Shown in pieces: positions 24,891 through 33,407 of a DNA stretch of 33,407 nt. Every line of letters begins with the position of its first letter. Within the stretch, counting starts at the first letter, position 1. The notes beneath the pieces were generated by a model, which saw only the letters and a list, made by a program, of their open reading frames with translations, was not told the DNA's origin and did not search any database. The position numbers and the translations under genes are program-made. Location: the sequence record SRR31156797_2049; one strand, 5' to 3'.

Positions 24891-27746
24891 TTATCCTTCT
24901 TGTTGTTCCAAATACTCACTAGGAGTTAAATTGGTAAATTTCTTAAAAATTCGGTAAAAAGAAGTTTTGGAATTGAAACCACAATCCTCTGCAATGGCTA
25001 ACAAGGTGTAATCCTTATTTTGAGGATCTTTCAAGCGCTTTTTCACTTCATTAACACGATAGATATTAATAAAATCATTAAAGCTTGTCTGCAAACCCTC
25101 TCTCAATACATTAGATAGTTGCAATTCGCTCCATTCCATCTGCGTCGCAAGTTGGGCTTTTGTTAATCTCTTATCTCTATATGGAGATTCCTTTGCCATA
25201 AACTCGTTCAACAATAGAATGTAGTTTTCCCACTCTTTGCTTTTATGATTTGTAATAATTCTTTTTGATGATCCTTTTGATTTTTGCTTTTGAAGGCTCT
25301 TATTCCTTTTTCCTTTTAAGTAAACAATTGCAAAAACGGCACTTAAAATTAGAATTATTAATAGATAAATCACCCAGAAATACTCTTTCCAATCCCTTTT
25401 AACAAGTATTTTCAATACAGAAGGTTCTCCCCATTTCATATGGTTGTTCGAAGCCTTTACTTCCAATTGATATTCGCCAACCAAGTGCTTGTCTATACTT
25501 ATCTCGTGCAAACCAAGGGGTAAAATTGTCCAGACAGAATCTGCAGAAGTCATTCTATATTTAATCCTGTTTTTTTCCGGCTCACAAAATGACATCACCG
25601 CAACTCTTAGCTTACAATCTTCATCTGTTTGAAGAATTTTAATTTTATTACCAGAAATTTCATCCGAGTTTTTTGCAACACCATAACTGGTAAACTGTAT
25701 TTTCGGTTGGTAGGTATTCATTACAAATTCCGATGGATTAAATGAATTCAAGCCATTGTTCCCGCCAAAAAACATCAATCCCTGCTTATTGGTACAAGCT
25801 ACTTTGTATTCAAATATATTGCCTTGCAAGCCATCTTCCTTAAAGAAGTTTGCAAACTGATTTTTCTCGATATCGAAACAGCTCAAACCTTTATTGGTTC
25901 CCAACCACAAACGCCCCAACTTATCTTCCTGTATACTAAGCACCACATTTCCTGGCAATCCGTTGTTTTCATTCAACAAGGAAAAAGAATCGCTTGTGTT
26001 ATGGTACAAATTCAATCCCTTATCGGTAGCAATCCAAACTCTATATTTAGAGTCCTGAAAAATCGAATAAACTCTATTGCCTGATAGGCTACCCTCTTTT
26101 TTAGAATCCCGATAAGAAGTAAAAGTACTCTCTCCCTTTTTTAATCGGCAAACACCTCGCATATGACAAGCAATCCATACATCTCCATTTTTCAATTGAC
26201 TTATGCATTTTACATTCAAATTGCTAAGTCCATTCTTTTCTTTATTTAAAAGCTCTACCTCATTATTTTCAGAATTCCATTTCCAAATTCCTTTATCTAA
26301 TTCCGAGAACCAATAATTGCCTTTATAATCTTGTAAGATTTCAAAAACTCCTTTACGAAATTTAAGGGTTTTTTCATCTGGAAAGCTCTCAAGAGTTTTC
26401 GTCTTAGCATTGTACTTTAGAACACCTCCATCAGTTCCGAATAATACTTGACCTTGCTGATCCAAATAAGCAGTTCTAACAGTCCTATGTCTTTTCTTTG
26501 CCTTTACATTTTTTCCTAATGGAATCGTTGCAAATTCTTCTTTTGCAACATTAAATTGAGAAACACCGTGTCGCATATTTCCTAACCAAACATTTCCCTT
26601 AGTATCAGCCACAGCAGCTCTAAGCGTATTATCAATTAAGGATTCGGTGTTACCCGGGATATTTTGATACAAGTTAAAATTCAGATTATTTTGACTAAAA
26701 TGGTTTATACCTTGCATGCTCCCTAACCATACACTTCCGGATTTCTCGCTTAAAGCGACAAGTATATTATTACTCGAAATACTTTTTTCAATCATTGGAT
26801 GATGCTTGAAATAATGAAATATTCCTTCGCTAACATCAAAATAGTTCAATCCATTCTTCGTTCCGATCCACAAATTCCCTTTTGCATCATCCGAAATAGA
26901 CGTCACATAATTATCCGACAAGGTATTTGCCTTTTCGTTTGAGTGACGATAAACAATAAATGACTCATTTAGGGTATCAAACAAATGCAGACCATTTACT
27001 GTAGCCACCCACATATTCCCATTTCTATCCTGAAATAGATCTTCAATAAAATTGGATGTTAATTCTCCTTCTTTTCTCTTTGGCGATCTTTTAAAAAATT
27101 GTTTTTTATTGTTTACCACATCTAAAAGACAAATTCCATTTCCTGCAGTACCAATCCATAGCCTTCCACTTTTACCAAAACACAACTCATTAATCAATCT
27201 TTCTCCTTTTGAATAACTTATAGATTTGCTATTAAATGGAAAGTATTTATACTGTTCAAATTTATTTTTTAGATTATTGAATCGATATAATCCATTTCTG
27301 GTACCAAGCCAAATTTCTCCTTTGTCACATACTGCAATAGCATTTACATATCTGCTTTGCGCTTTTTTAAGCTCGTATGGCAATTCATAATAGGTAGTAC
27401 TTTTGTCTACAGGATTGAGAGATACAATTCCAAGCTGAGTTCCAATCCATATTGTCCCATCCAGTCCTTCAGCTAAAGCATTTATTCTTTTATCTGCGAC
27501 CTTAGCAAAAGGAACAATTGGCAAATCATAGTTAACTAGTTTCGATCCATCATATCGATTTAATCCTTCCTTGGTTCCAAACCATAAAAAGCCTTTTGAA
27601 TCCTGAAGAAGTGAATATACAACATTGGAATTTAATCCTTCAGATGTATCAATTTTCTTAAAATGAACTTCCTTGCCAATAGCATATCCACTCACCGAAA
27701 AAATCAGCAAGAAAAAGATTATGAATATCTGTTTTATCAATCCCAT
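24891..27746 (-). CDS. Membrane-spanning one-component regulator: periplasmic beta-propeller sensor (Reg_prop repeats plus Y_Y_Y-like), TM helix, AraC HTH
   Basis: Repeated QD..G.LW.GT..GL motifs; GLPGNVV; GEYQLEVKASN; TM YFWVIYLLIILILSAVFAIVYL; AraC SFNDFINIYRV...IAEDCGFNSKTSFYRIFKK. No HisKA, HATPase or REC domain. Start moved to ATG 27746 (MGLIKQIF...). Confidence 0.9.
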   Translation of the reverse strand: MGLIKQIFIIFFLLIFSVSGYAIGKEVHFKKIDTSEGLNSNVVYSLLQDSKGFLWFGTKEGLNRYDGSKLVNYDLPIVPFAKVADKRINALAEGLDGTIWIGTQLGIVSLNPVDKSTTYYELPYELKKAQSRYVNAIAVCDKGEIWLGTRNGLYRFNNLKNKFEQYKYFPFNSKSISYSKGERLINELCFGKSGRLWIGTAGNGICLLDVVNNKKQFFKRSPKRKEGELTSNFIEDLFQDRNGNMWVATVNGLHLFDTLNESFIVYRHSNEKANTLSDNYVTSISDDAKGNLWIGTKNGLNYFDVSEGIFHYFKHHPMIEKSISSNNILVALSEKSGSVWLGSMQGINHFSQNNLNFNLYQNIPGNTESLIDNTLRAAVADTKGNVWLGNMRHGVSQFNVAKEEFATIPLGKNVKAKKRHRTVRTAYLDQQGQVLFGTDGGVLKYNAKTKTLESFPDEKTLKFRKGVFEILQDYKGNYWFSELDKGIWKWNSENNEVELLNKEKNGLSNLNVKCISQLKNGDVWIACHMRGVCRLKKGESTFTSYRDSKKEGSLSGNRVYSIFQDSKYRVWIATDKGLNLYHNTSDSFSLLNENNGLPGNVVLSIQEDKLGRLWLGTNKGLSCFDIEKNQFANFFKEDGLQGNIFEYKVACTNKQGLMFFGGNNGLNSFNPSEFVMNTYQPKIQFTSYGVAKNSDEISGNKIKILQTDEDCKLRVAVMSFCEPEKNRIKYRMTSADSVWTILPLGLHEISIDKHLVGEYQLEVKASNNHMKWGEPSVLKILVKRDWKEYFWVIYLLIILILSAVFAIVYLKGKRNKSLQKQKSKGSSKRIITNHKSKEWENYILLLNEFMAKESPYRDKRLTKAQLATQMEWSELQLSNVLREGLQTSFNDFINIYRVNEVKKRLKDPQNKDYTLLAIAEDCGFNSKTSFYRIFKKFTNLTPSEYLEQQEG

Positions 27747-27836
27747 TATATTCTTAATGTCTACACTTTTTTTTGAATCGCCTAAAATTAATATTTCATT
27801 TTGTGAGAAAAACATATTTCTCGAATTTTAACTCAA

Positions 27837-27881
27837 GAAAAAAGCTCTCTATGGCTATAATACCATAGAGAGCTCTTTTTT
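27837..27881 (-). terminator. Intrinsic terminator ending the susC-susD-GH88 operon
   Basis: AGCTCTCTATGG ... CCATAGAGAGCT 12-bp stem flanked by A and T tracts. Confidence 0.88.
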
Positions 27882-27943
27882 AAAACAGATGTTTCAGCCT
27901 CCTTGGCTTTACACTTTGCAACTATGCTATATTAAATTTTCTG

Positions 27944-29212
27944 TTACATCTTACTTGCCAAATCTTTTCTTCTTCGAAGCGCTTCCAGATAATAGTAATC
28001 AGCATACACCAAAGCCACATCAATTTCATGTCCTTGTGGTTTTGCACCCGTGCTATGCAATAAAAAAGCATCATTTACTCCTTTGGCGCTATAGGCAGGA
28101 GACGCTAACGAATTTAATATCGCATCAGCTGCTGCACAATATTTCTTCTTTAATTTCGAATCCTCTACCAAACTGCTTAATTCTACCAAACCTGCGGCTG
28201 CAATTGCCGCAGCAGATGCATCACGAGGTTCACCCTGTTTTCCTGTCAAATCAAAATCCCAATATGGAATGTAATCCTGAGGTAAACCTGTTATAAATCT
28301 ATCAGAAACTTTCATCGCAAAATCTAAATATTTTGGATCCTTTGTTTCTCTGTAAACCATTGTATAGCCATAAACCGCCCAAGCTTGTCCACGTGCCCAG
28401 GTACTTTCATCAGCAAATCCCTGCGAAGTATTCTTGTTTCTAACTTTACCAGTCTGTTCATCGTATTCCACCACATGATAGCTGCTAAAATCATTCCTAA
28501 AATGATTTTTCATAGTAGTTTCAGCATGCTTTACAGCGATATTCTTATAAATTGGATCGCCTGTTTCTTTTGATGCCCAAAACAATAACTCTAAATTCAG
28601 CATATTATCGATAATGGTAATGTGCTGCTTCCACTGTGGGTGCAATTCATTAGACCATGACTTTATGGTACCAACCTTAGAATTAAATCTAGAAATCAAC
28701 GAATTCGCAGATTCTAGTAAAACATCCCTATAAGCTTTTTCTCCTGTTAATCGATATGCCTGACCATATGAACAATACATCATAAAACCTACATCGTGAT
28801 GTTCTTTATTGAATTTGTATGGTTCCAATGGCAATGTCCTTTTAAGAGCTTCTGTTTTCCAAAAATCATTTTTGGTAACATCATACATCTGCCAAAGTAT
28901 CCCTGGATAAAAGCCAACTGTCCAAACAAGAACCCCATTTTTCGGCATTTCCCAATGCTGCTCTCCACTCTCAATCAAACGAGGATGTGTTTCAAAATTG
29001 GTATGGAGTGCCACCGATTTTTTCAACTGCTCCTCGCAGTATTCCATTTCGTTTTCAATATTAACCTCCAATTGCTCCTGAAAAATAGTATTGTCAACAA
29101 GATCATTCTTACCACTTTTACTCTTTGCAGAGTTTGGTTGGCAAGATGAAAATATTAATAATAGGAACAATAGGGGAACAAAACGAATTATTTTTTTCAC
29201 CATTTGATTCAT
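27944..29212 (-). CDS. Second GH88 unsaturated glucuronyl hydrolase, lipoprotein
   Basis: Lipobox FSSC; WTVGFYPGILW; HDVGFM; TIIDNMLNLE; WARGQAW; PYWDF; YADYYYLEAL. Confidence 0.95.
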   Translation of the reverse strand: MNQMVKKIIRFVPLLFLLLIFSSCQPNSAKSKSGKNDLVDNTIFQEQLEVNIENEMEYCEEQLKKSVALHTNFETHPRLIESGEQHWEMPKNGVLVWTVGFYPGILWQMYDVTKNDFWKTEALKRTLPLEPYKFNKEHHDVGFMMYCSYGQAYRLTGEKAYRDVLLESANSLISRFNSKVGTIKSWSNELHPQWKQHITIIDNMLNLELLFWASKETGDPIYKNIAVKHAETTMKNHFRNDFSSYHVVEYDEQTGKVRNKNTSQGFADESTWARGQAWAVYGYTMVYRETKDPKYLDFAMKVSDRFITGLPQDYIPYWDFDLTGKQGEPRDASAAAIAAAGLVELSSLVEDSKLKKKYCAAADAILNSLASPAYSAKGVNDAFLLHSTGAKPQGHEIDVALVYADYYYLEALRRRKDLASKM

Positions 29213-29227
29213 TTTTGTTTCAAGATA

Positions 29228-29250
29228 GAAACCGGAACGAATCCGGTTTC
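29228..29250 (-). other. Stem-loop between susD and GH88
   Basis: GAAACCGGA-ACGAA-TCCGGTTTC perfect 9-bp stem. Confidence 0.6.
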
Positions 29251-29258
29251 ACTTTAAC

Positions 29259-30851
29259 CTATTCCCAAATAGGATTCTGCTTAATTAGCTTGTTCTCTTC
29301 AATCTCCTTTAAAGGAATTGGAAGAACTTGATGTTTCTCTTGTACATTATTTGCCCAGATGAACATCCACTCTAATTTTCCACTAACACCTGCGTCTATC
29401 ATATCTTGTTTTGCAGATTGTAGTTTCTCATTAAACACTCCCCATCGAATCAAATCATATCTTCTTAAACCTTCAAAGCATAACTCTCTCATTCTTTCGT
29501 CCATGATTTCATTTCTGAAAGCTTCTTTTGTTGCTACCGCTGTTTCATCGATTCCTTCTAAACCTGCTCTATCTCTAACTTGATCTAAAACTACAATTGC
29601 TTCAGCTGTGTTATCCAATTCATTTAAGGCTTCGGCTTTCATTAATAAGATATCAGAATAACGTAAAATCGGAAAGTTGACTCCTGTATAGTTTTTATCT
29701 CCTGATTCTAAAACTTCTATAGAATAAGATCCATCTTCATTAAGCACTCTTTGTCCTCTTTTATACTTTCCAGGATACCATTGATAAATATTTTTCTGAA
29801 TTACAGGCACATCTTTCTTCGCTTTCCAATTGGCGATATTCCAATCGTAACGATTATCATTATCCTTATCGTAAGCATTAATCAAACTTACTCCTGCAAA
29901 AATATATCCATACGAATAGGGTCCTGTAGTACTATTTTTCGTTTTGTTTTCAATCCCATTCAACTGTCCAATTTTACCTGCTTCCTGTAATCCCTGATCA
30001 CGCATACTCGAAAATTGAATATCAAAGATAATTTCAGTCGGATTATTTATATCCTGAATCAAATTCATGAAAATATCTTCATAATTAGCCATTAGACTGT
30101 GTCTGCCCGAATTGATTACCATATCCGCATATTCCACCACTTTTGCATAGGATTCTTCAGGTAAAATCTGATAAGGAAAACCAGCTCGATTAAGATAAAC
30201 TCGAGTTAACAAACCATAAGCAGCAGTTTGTGTTGCTCTACCATATGCTACCTGTCCTGCAATACCTAAATTTGGAGCAATCTCTTCCAATTCGTCAATT
30301 ATAAATTGGTATACATCAGCTGCCGGAGATTTAGTTGTATTGTTACCGGCAACACTTGTAATACTCTCTAGTCGTAATGGCACATCTCCCCATGCACGTA
30401 CCAAATTATAATAATAAAAGGCTCTTAGAAATCTAGCTTCAGCAATCAAACCCAACTTTAAAGCTTCATCTTCAATACTTGCACTTGGAGCTTTTTCTAA
30501 AAAAGTATTCGCATTATTAATTCCATGATAAAGTGTTCTCCATGTATTCTCAATGGTAACTGTAGTTGGAGTAAATTCATTTCTTGTAACCGCCCAGGCA
30601 AAACCATTGTTATCTCTTGACATGACAGCTTCATCAATACCAGCCATCCACTCAATACTCATGGTTGATCCAAATGTTGAGGCAACACCCAAATCACTAT
30701 AAATACCTGTTAAAGCTAAATTTAAATCTGCTTCTGTTTTGTAAAAGTTCTCAACCGTAATTGATGAATCCGGATTGTATTCCAAACTATCTTCGCATGC
30801 AATAAATCCTAGTGGTAGCAGAGCAATCAGCCAAAAATATATTTTCTTCAT
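29259..30851 (-). CDS. susD: SusD/RagB-family glycan-binding lipoprotein
   Basis: Lipobox FIAC; EARFLRAFYYYNLVRAWGDVPL; GRATQTAA; LRYSDILLMKAEA; ERMRELCFEG.R.YDLIRW; QNPIW; lies directly downstream of susC. Confidence 0.95.
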   Translation of the reverse strand: MKKIYFWLIALLPLGFIACEDSLEYNPDSSITVENFYKTEADLNLALTGIYSDLGVASTFGSTMSIEWMAGIDEAVMSRDNNGFAWAVTRNEFTPTTVTIENTWRTLYHGINNANTFLEKAPSASIEDEALKLGLIAEARFLRAFYYYNLVRAWGDVPLRLESITSVAGNNTTKSPAADVYQFIIDELEEIAPNLGIAGQVAYGRATQTAAYGLLTRVYLNRAGFPYQILPEESYAKVVEYADMVINSGRHSLMANYEDIFMNLIQDINNPTEIIFDIQFSSMRDQGLQEAGKIGQLNGIENKTKNSTTGPYSYGYIFAGVSLINAYDKDNDNRYDWNIANWKAKKDVPVIQKNIYQWYPGKYKRGQRVLNEDGSYSIEVLESGDKNYTGVNFPILRYSDILLMKAEALNELDNTAEAIVVLDQVRDRAGLEGIDETAVATKEAFRNEIMDERMRELCFEGLRRYDLIRWGVFNEKLQSAKQDMIDAGVSGKLEWMFIWANNVQEKHQVLPIPLKEIEENKLIKQNPIWE

Positions 30852-30870
30852 CTTGTTTATATTTTTTAAA

Positions 30871-30892
30871 GGAATGGGAATTACCCCATTCC
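30871..30892 (-). other. Stem-loop between susC and susD
   Basis: GGAATGGG-AATTAC-CCCATTCC. Confidence 0.55.
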
Positions 30893-30904
30893 CAGTATAT
30901 TCAA

Positions 30905-33407
30905 TTAAAATTTAAGATCTACTCCAAAAGTTACTGTTGTACTTGCTGGATAAGCGGAATAATCAAGTCCTGGAGATAAAGCTCCTTTTTTACCAACAGA
31001 TACCTCAGGATCGTAACCACTATAGTTCGTCCAAGTGTATAAGTTCTGTGCAGCAACATAAACTCTTGCTTTAGAAAAACAGGTCTTTTTCAAGAACTTT
31101 TTACTAAAATTATATCCCAATGAAACTGTTTTCAATTTTAGGAAAGAGCCATCTTCAACCAATCGATCGGACACCTTATTTCCATCTGGAGCACCTCCCA
31201 GAACTGATTTTTCTCCACGAATAATATGAATATTATTTCCAGGATTTGTTGAGGTATAACGATCTTCAACAGATTGCAAATAGTTGTAATTGTACTTAAT
31301 TCCTGGAGATTCCAATAATACTCGGTTAACATTTAAAATATCGTTACCATATGACCATTGGAAAAAGATTGATAAATCAAATCCTTTGTAAGTAAAATCA
31401 TTACCTAAACCACCAAAATGCTTAGGTTCTGCACTACCAATCACAGTTCTATCCTTTTCATCGATATTACCATCGTTGTTTAGGTCCTTGTATTTCACAC
31501 ATCCCGGAATAACAGCAGACGAACCATTCATTGGAACCCCATCTTTTAGTACATATCCTTGTCCATTTACGTAATTAAAATCTTCCACCTGATACAATCC
31601 ATCTGATTTCAATCCATAAAATTGTCCGACAGCACTTCCTACACTAGAAATATATTGGTATTCCGTAATTTTACTATTCCATTGCGGATCTGTTTTCAGT
31701 TCTGTTGCACCACCGGTAAGCTCAATTACTTTGTTTCTGTTCATTGAGATGTTAAAGTTGGTCGTCCAAGTAAACTCATCTGTTTCAATATTTCTTGAAG
31801 TAAATGAGAACTCAATACCTTTATTTTCAACCTCACCAACATTGGTCCAAATGGTTTTAAAAGATGTTGATGGAGCCATTGCAGCATCCAAAAGCAAATC
31901 TTTTGTGTTCTTTTTGTACACATCAATAGTTGCACTCAATCTTCCGTCCAATAAACCAAAATCGATTCCTGCATTGTACTGATAAGTAGTTTCCCACTTT
32001 AAATTCGCATCTGCCAATTTACTTACATAAAATCCTTTTGATAGATTATTGTCAAATACATATCCATTCTCAGAGTTTGATGCCATTAAAGAGTAAGCAC
32101 TTTCGTTTGGAACACGATTATTACCAGTTGCACCCCATCCAGCACGAAGTTTCAAGTTCGAAAATACATTTAAATCACTAATAAAATCTTCCTCAATCAT
32201 TCTCCAACCTACAGAAACAGAAGGAAAGTATCCCCATTTATTATCCCCTAGGAAACGTGATGATCCATCAACACGATACGATGCTGTAAGCAAATATTTC
32301 TCACGGAAAGAGTAATCCAAACGTGAAAAATAAGATTGCATCATATGTTTCGACTTATAAGAAGTAGGTAATTCGGGAGTTGCACCCACTTGTAAGCTGT
32401 GAACATTTAAATTATCAAGTGGCATATCTTTACTTCCCGCAGTAAATACCTCATCATTTTTCACACTGTACTCATATCCTAACAGGGCACCAATTTTATG
32501 CTCACCATTAATTTTTGTACTGTAATTTAAGGTATTAGATGTTGAAAGAGTAGTGTAAACACGATCAGTTAAACTACCACTAATTCCACCATCTTTATAT
32601 GCCTGACGAGTATCTGCATTATAAAAAACACTCTCTTTACGATTATCAGAAACATATCCACCAGTTAATTTCAAATCCAAACCTTCCATCAGTTCAAACT
32701 GAGTATAAGCATTTGCTCTAAACACTGTCCATCGCTTCGATTTGTCGGTATTGTTTAAGGTTTTAACAGGATTAAATCTCAAGTTGTCAGGATCATCAGG
32801 ATCTACTCCATTTTCTAAACCATCAGAATTAATTGGTTCAACAGGTCTACTTGTTAAAGCATCCATAATAACACTTACACGATTATTACTGGCAACTTTC
32901 ACACCTGATTGTTCCATTTTCGAATAGTTGATATTTACACCTGTCTTGATTTTATCAGACAATTTGTGATCCAACTTTATTTTTCCATTAAATTTCTCAA
33001 AACCAGTATTAATTAATGTCCCTTCCTGATTTAAATAATTTAAAGACATATTATGAGTGGTCTTTTCATTACCTCCCGATAATCCTACTGTGTGATTCTG
33101 GATAACTGCAGACCTAAAAATTTCATCCTGCCAATTGGTAGCCTTACTATCGCGATACAATTCAGGATTTACCCAAGTATCAATAAAATTCTGCGGTTGA
33201 TCTCCTCCTTTACCAATTGCAATTTCCTGCTGAAGTTTTACAAACTCATAAGGACTCATCACATCCATTGTTTCAGGAATCCACTGAATTCCAACAGAAG
33301 AATTAACGGTCACTCTTGTAGGACCAACAACTCCTCCTTTTGTATTGATGATGATTACACCATTTGCTCCACGAGATCCATAAATTGCAGTTGCCGAAGC
33401 ATCTTTT
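30905..33407 (-). CDS. susC: SusC/RagA-family TonB-dependent transporter (5' part outside window)
   Basis: The frame stays open to the window edge and reads KDASATAIYGSRGANGVIIINTK (SusC plug signature); DGSSRF; LKWETT; YSGYDPE; C-terminal Phe. Confidence 0.97.
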   Translation of the reverse strand, partial: KDASATAIYGSRGANGVIIINTKGGVVGPTRVTVNSSVGIQWIPETMDVMSPYEFVKLQQEIAIGKGGDQPQNFIDTWVNPELYRDSKATNWQDEIFRSAVIQNHTVGLSGGNEKTTHNMSLNYLNQEGTLINTGFEKFNGKIKLDHKLSDKIKTGVNINYSKMEQSGVKVASNNRVSVIMDALTSRPVEPINSDGLENGVDPDDPDNLRFNPVKTLNNTDKSKRWTVFRANAYTQFELMEGLDLKLTGGYVSDNRKESVFYNADTRQAYKDGGISGSLTDRVYTTLSTSNTLNYSTKINGEHKIGALLGYEYSVKNDEVFTAGSKDMPLDNLNVHSLQVGATPELPTSYKSKHMMQSYFSRLDYSFREKYLLTASYRVDGSSRFLGDNKWGYFPSVSVGWRMIEEDFISDLNVFSNLKLRAGWGATGNNRVPNESAYSLMASNSENGYVFDNNLSKGFYVSKLADANLKWETTYQYNAGIDFGLLDGRLSATIDVYKKNTKDLLLDAAMAPSTSFKTIWTNVGEVENKGIEFSFTSRNIETDEFTWTTNFNISMNRNKVIELTGGATELKTDPQWNSKITEYQYISSVGSAVGQFYGLKSDGLYQVEDFNYVNGQGYVLKDGVPMNGSSAVIPGCVKYKDLNNDGNIDEKDRTVIGSAEPKHFGGLGNDFTYKGFDLSIFFQWSYGNDILNVNRVLLESPGIKYNYNYLQSVEDRYTSTNPGNNIHIIRGEKSVLGGAPDGNKVSDRLVEDGSFLKLKTVSLGYNFSKKFLKKTCFSKARVYVAAQNLYTWTNYSGYDPEVSVGKKGALSPGLDYSAYPASTTVTFGVDLKF

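Noticed and set aside
1137-32927. Numerous 60-135 aa ORFs nested in or antisense to the long genes
   Set aside because: They overlap well-supported CDSs and have no motifs or plausible signals; such ORFs are expected by chance.
1-33407. CRISPR arrays, IS elements, integrases, invertible promoters, defence systems
   Set aside because: No repeat-spacer arrays, transposase or recombinase ORFs, or terminal inverted repeats were seen.

Overview
AT-rich Bacteroidota DNA (gene content suggests a marine or anaerobic lineage such as Marinifilaceae; this is inference). The window starts at the 3' end of a tRNA-Ser and is otherwise one large polysaccharide utilization locus (PUL) for glycosaminoglycans, most likely chondroitin/dermatan sulfate. 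It holds a SusC (5'-truncated by the window edge)/SusD pair, two GH88 unsaturated glucuronyl hydrolases, two PL8 chondroitinase ABC-type lyases, a PL6 chondroitinase-B-like lyase, a heparinase II/III-superfamily protein with dermatan-sulfate-epimerase-like motifs, four Cys-type S1 sulfatases, DUF4861, DUF6250 and DUF1961 proteins, a non-SusC outer-membrane beta-barrel receptor, and a beta-propeller/TM/AraC regulator with no kinase or receiver domain. Three things read directly from the DNA are absent from the ORF track: an internally deleted pseudogene of an anaerobic sulfatase maturase (about 164-444, minus strand); a recurring palindromic operator-like motif (TCCCAAAT-N-NNN-NNT[TC][TC]GG[GC]AC) upstream of several transcription units; and many intergenic hairpins. 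All family calls come from recognising motifs by eye and recalling reference proteins, not from database searches.
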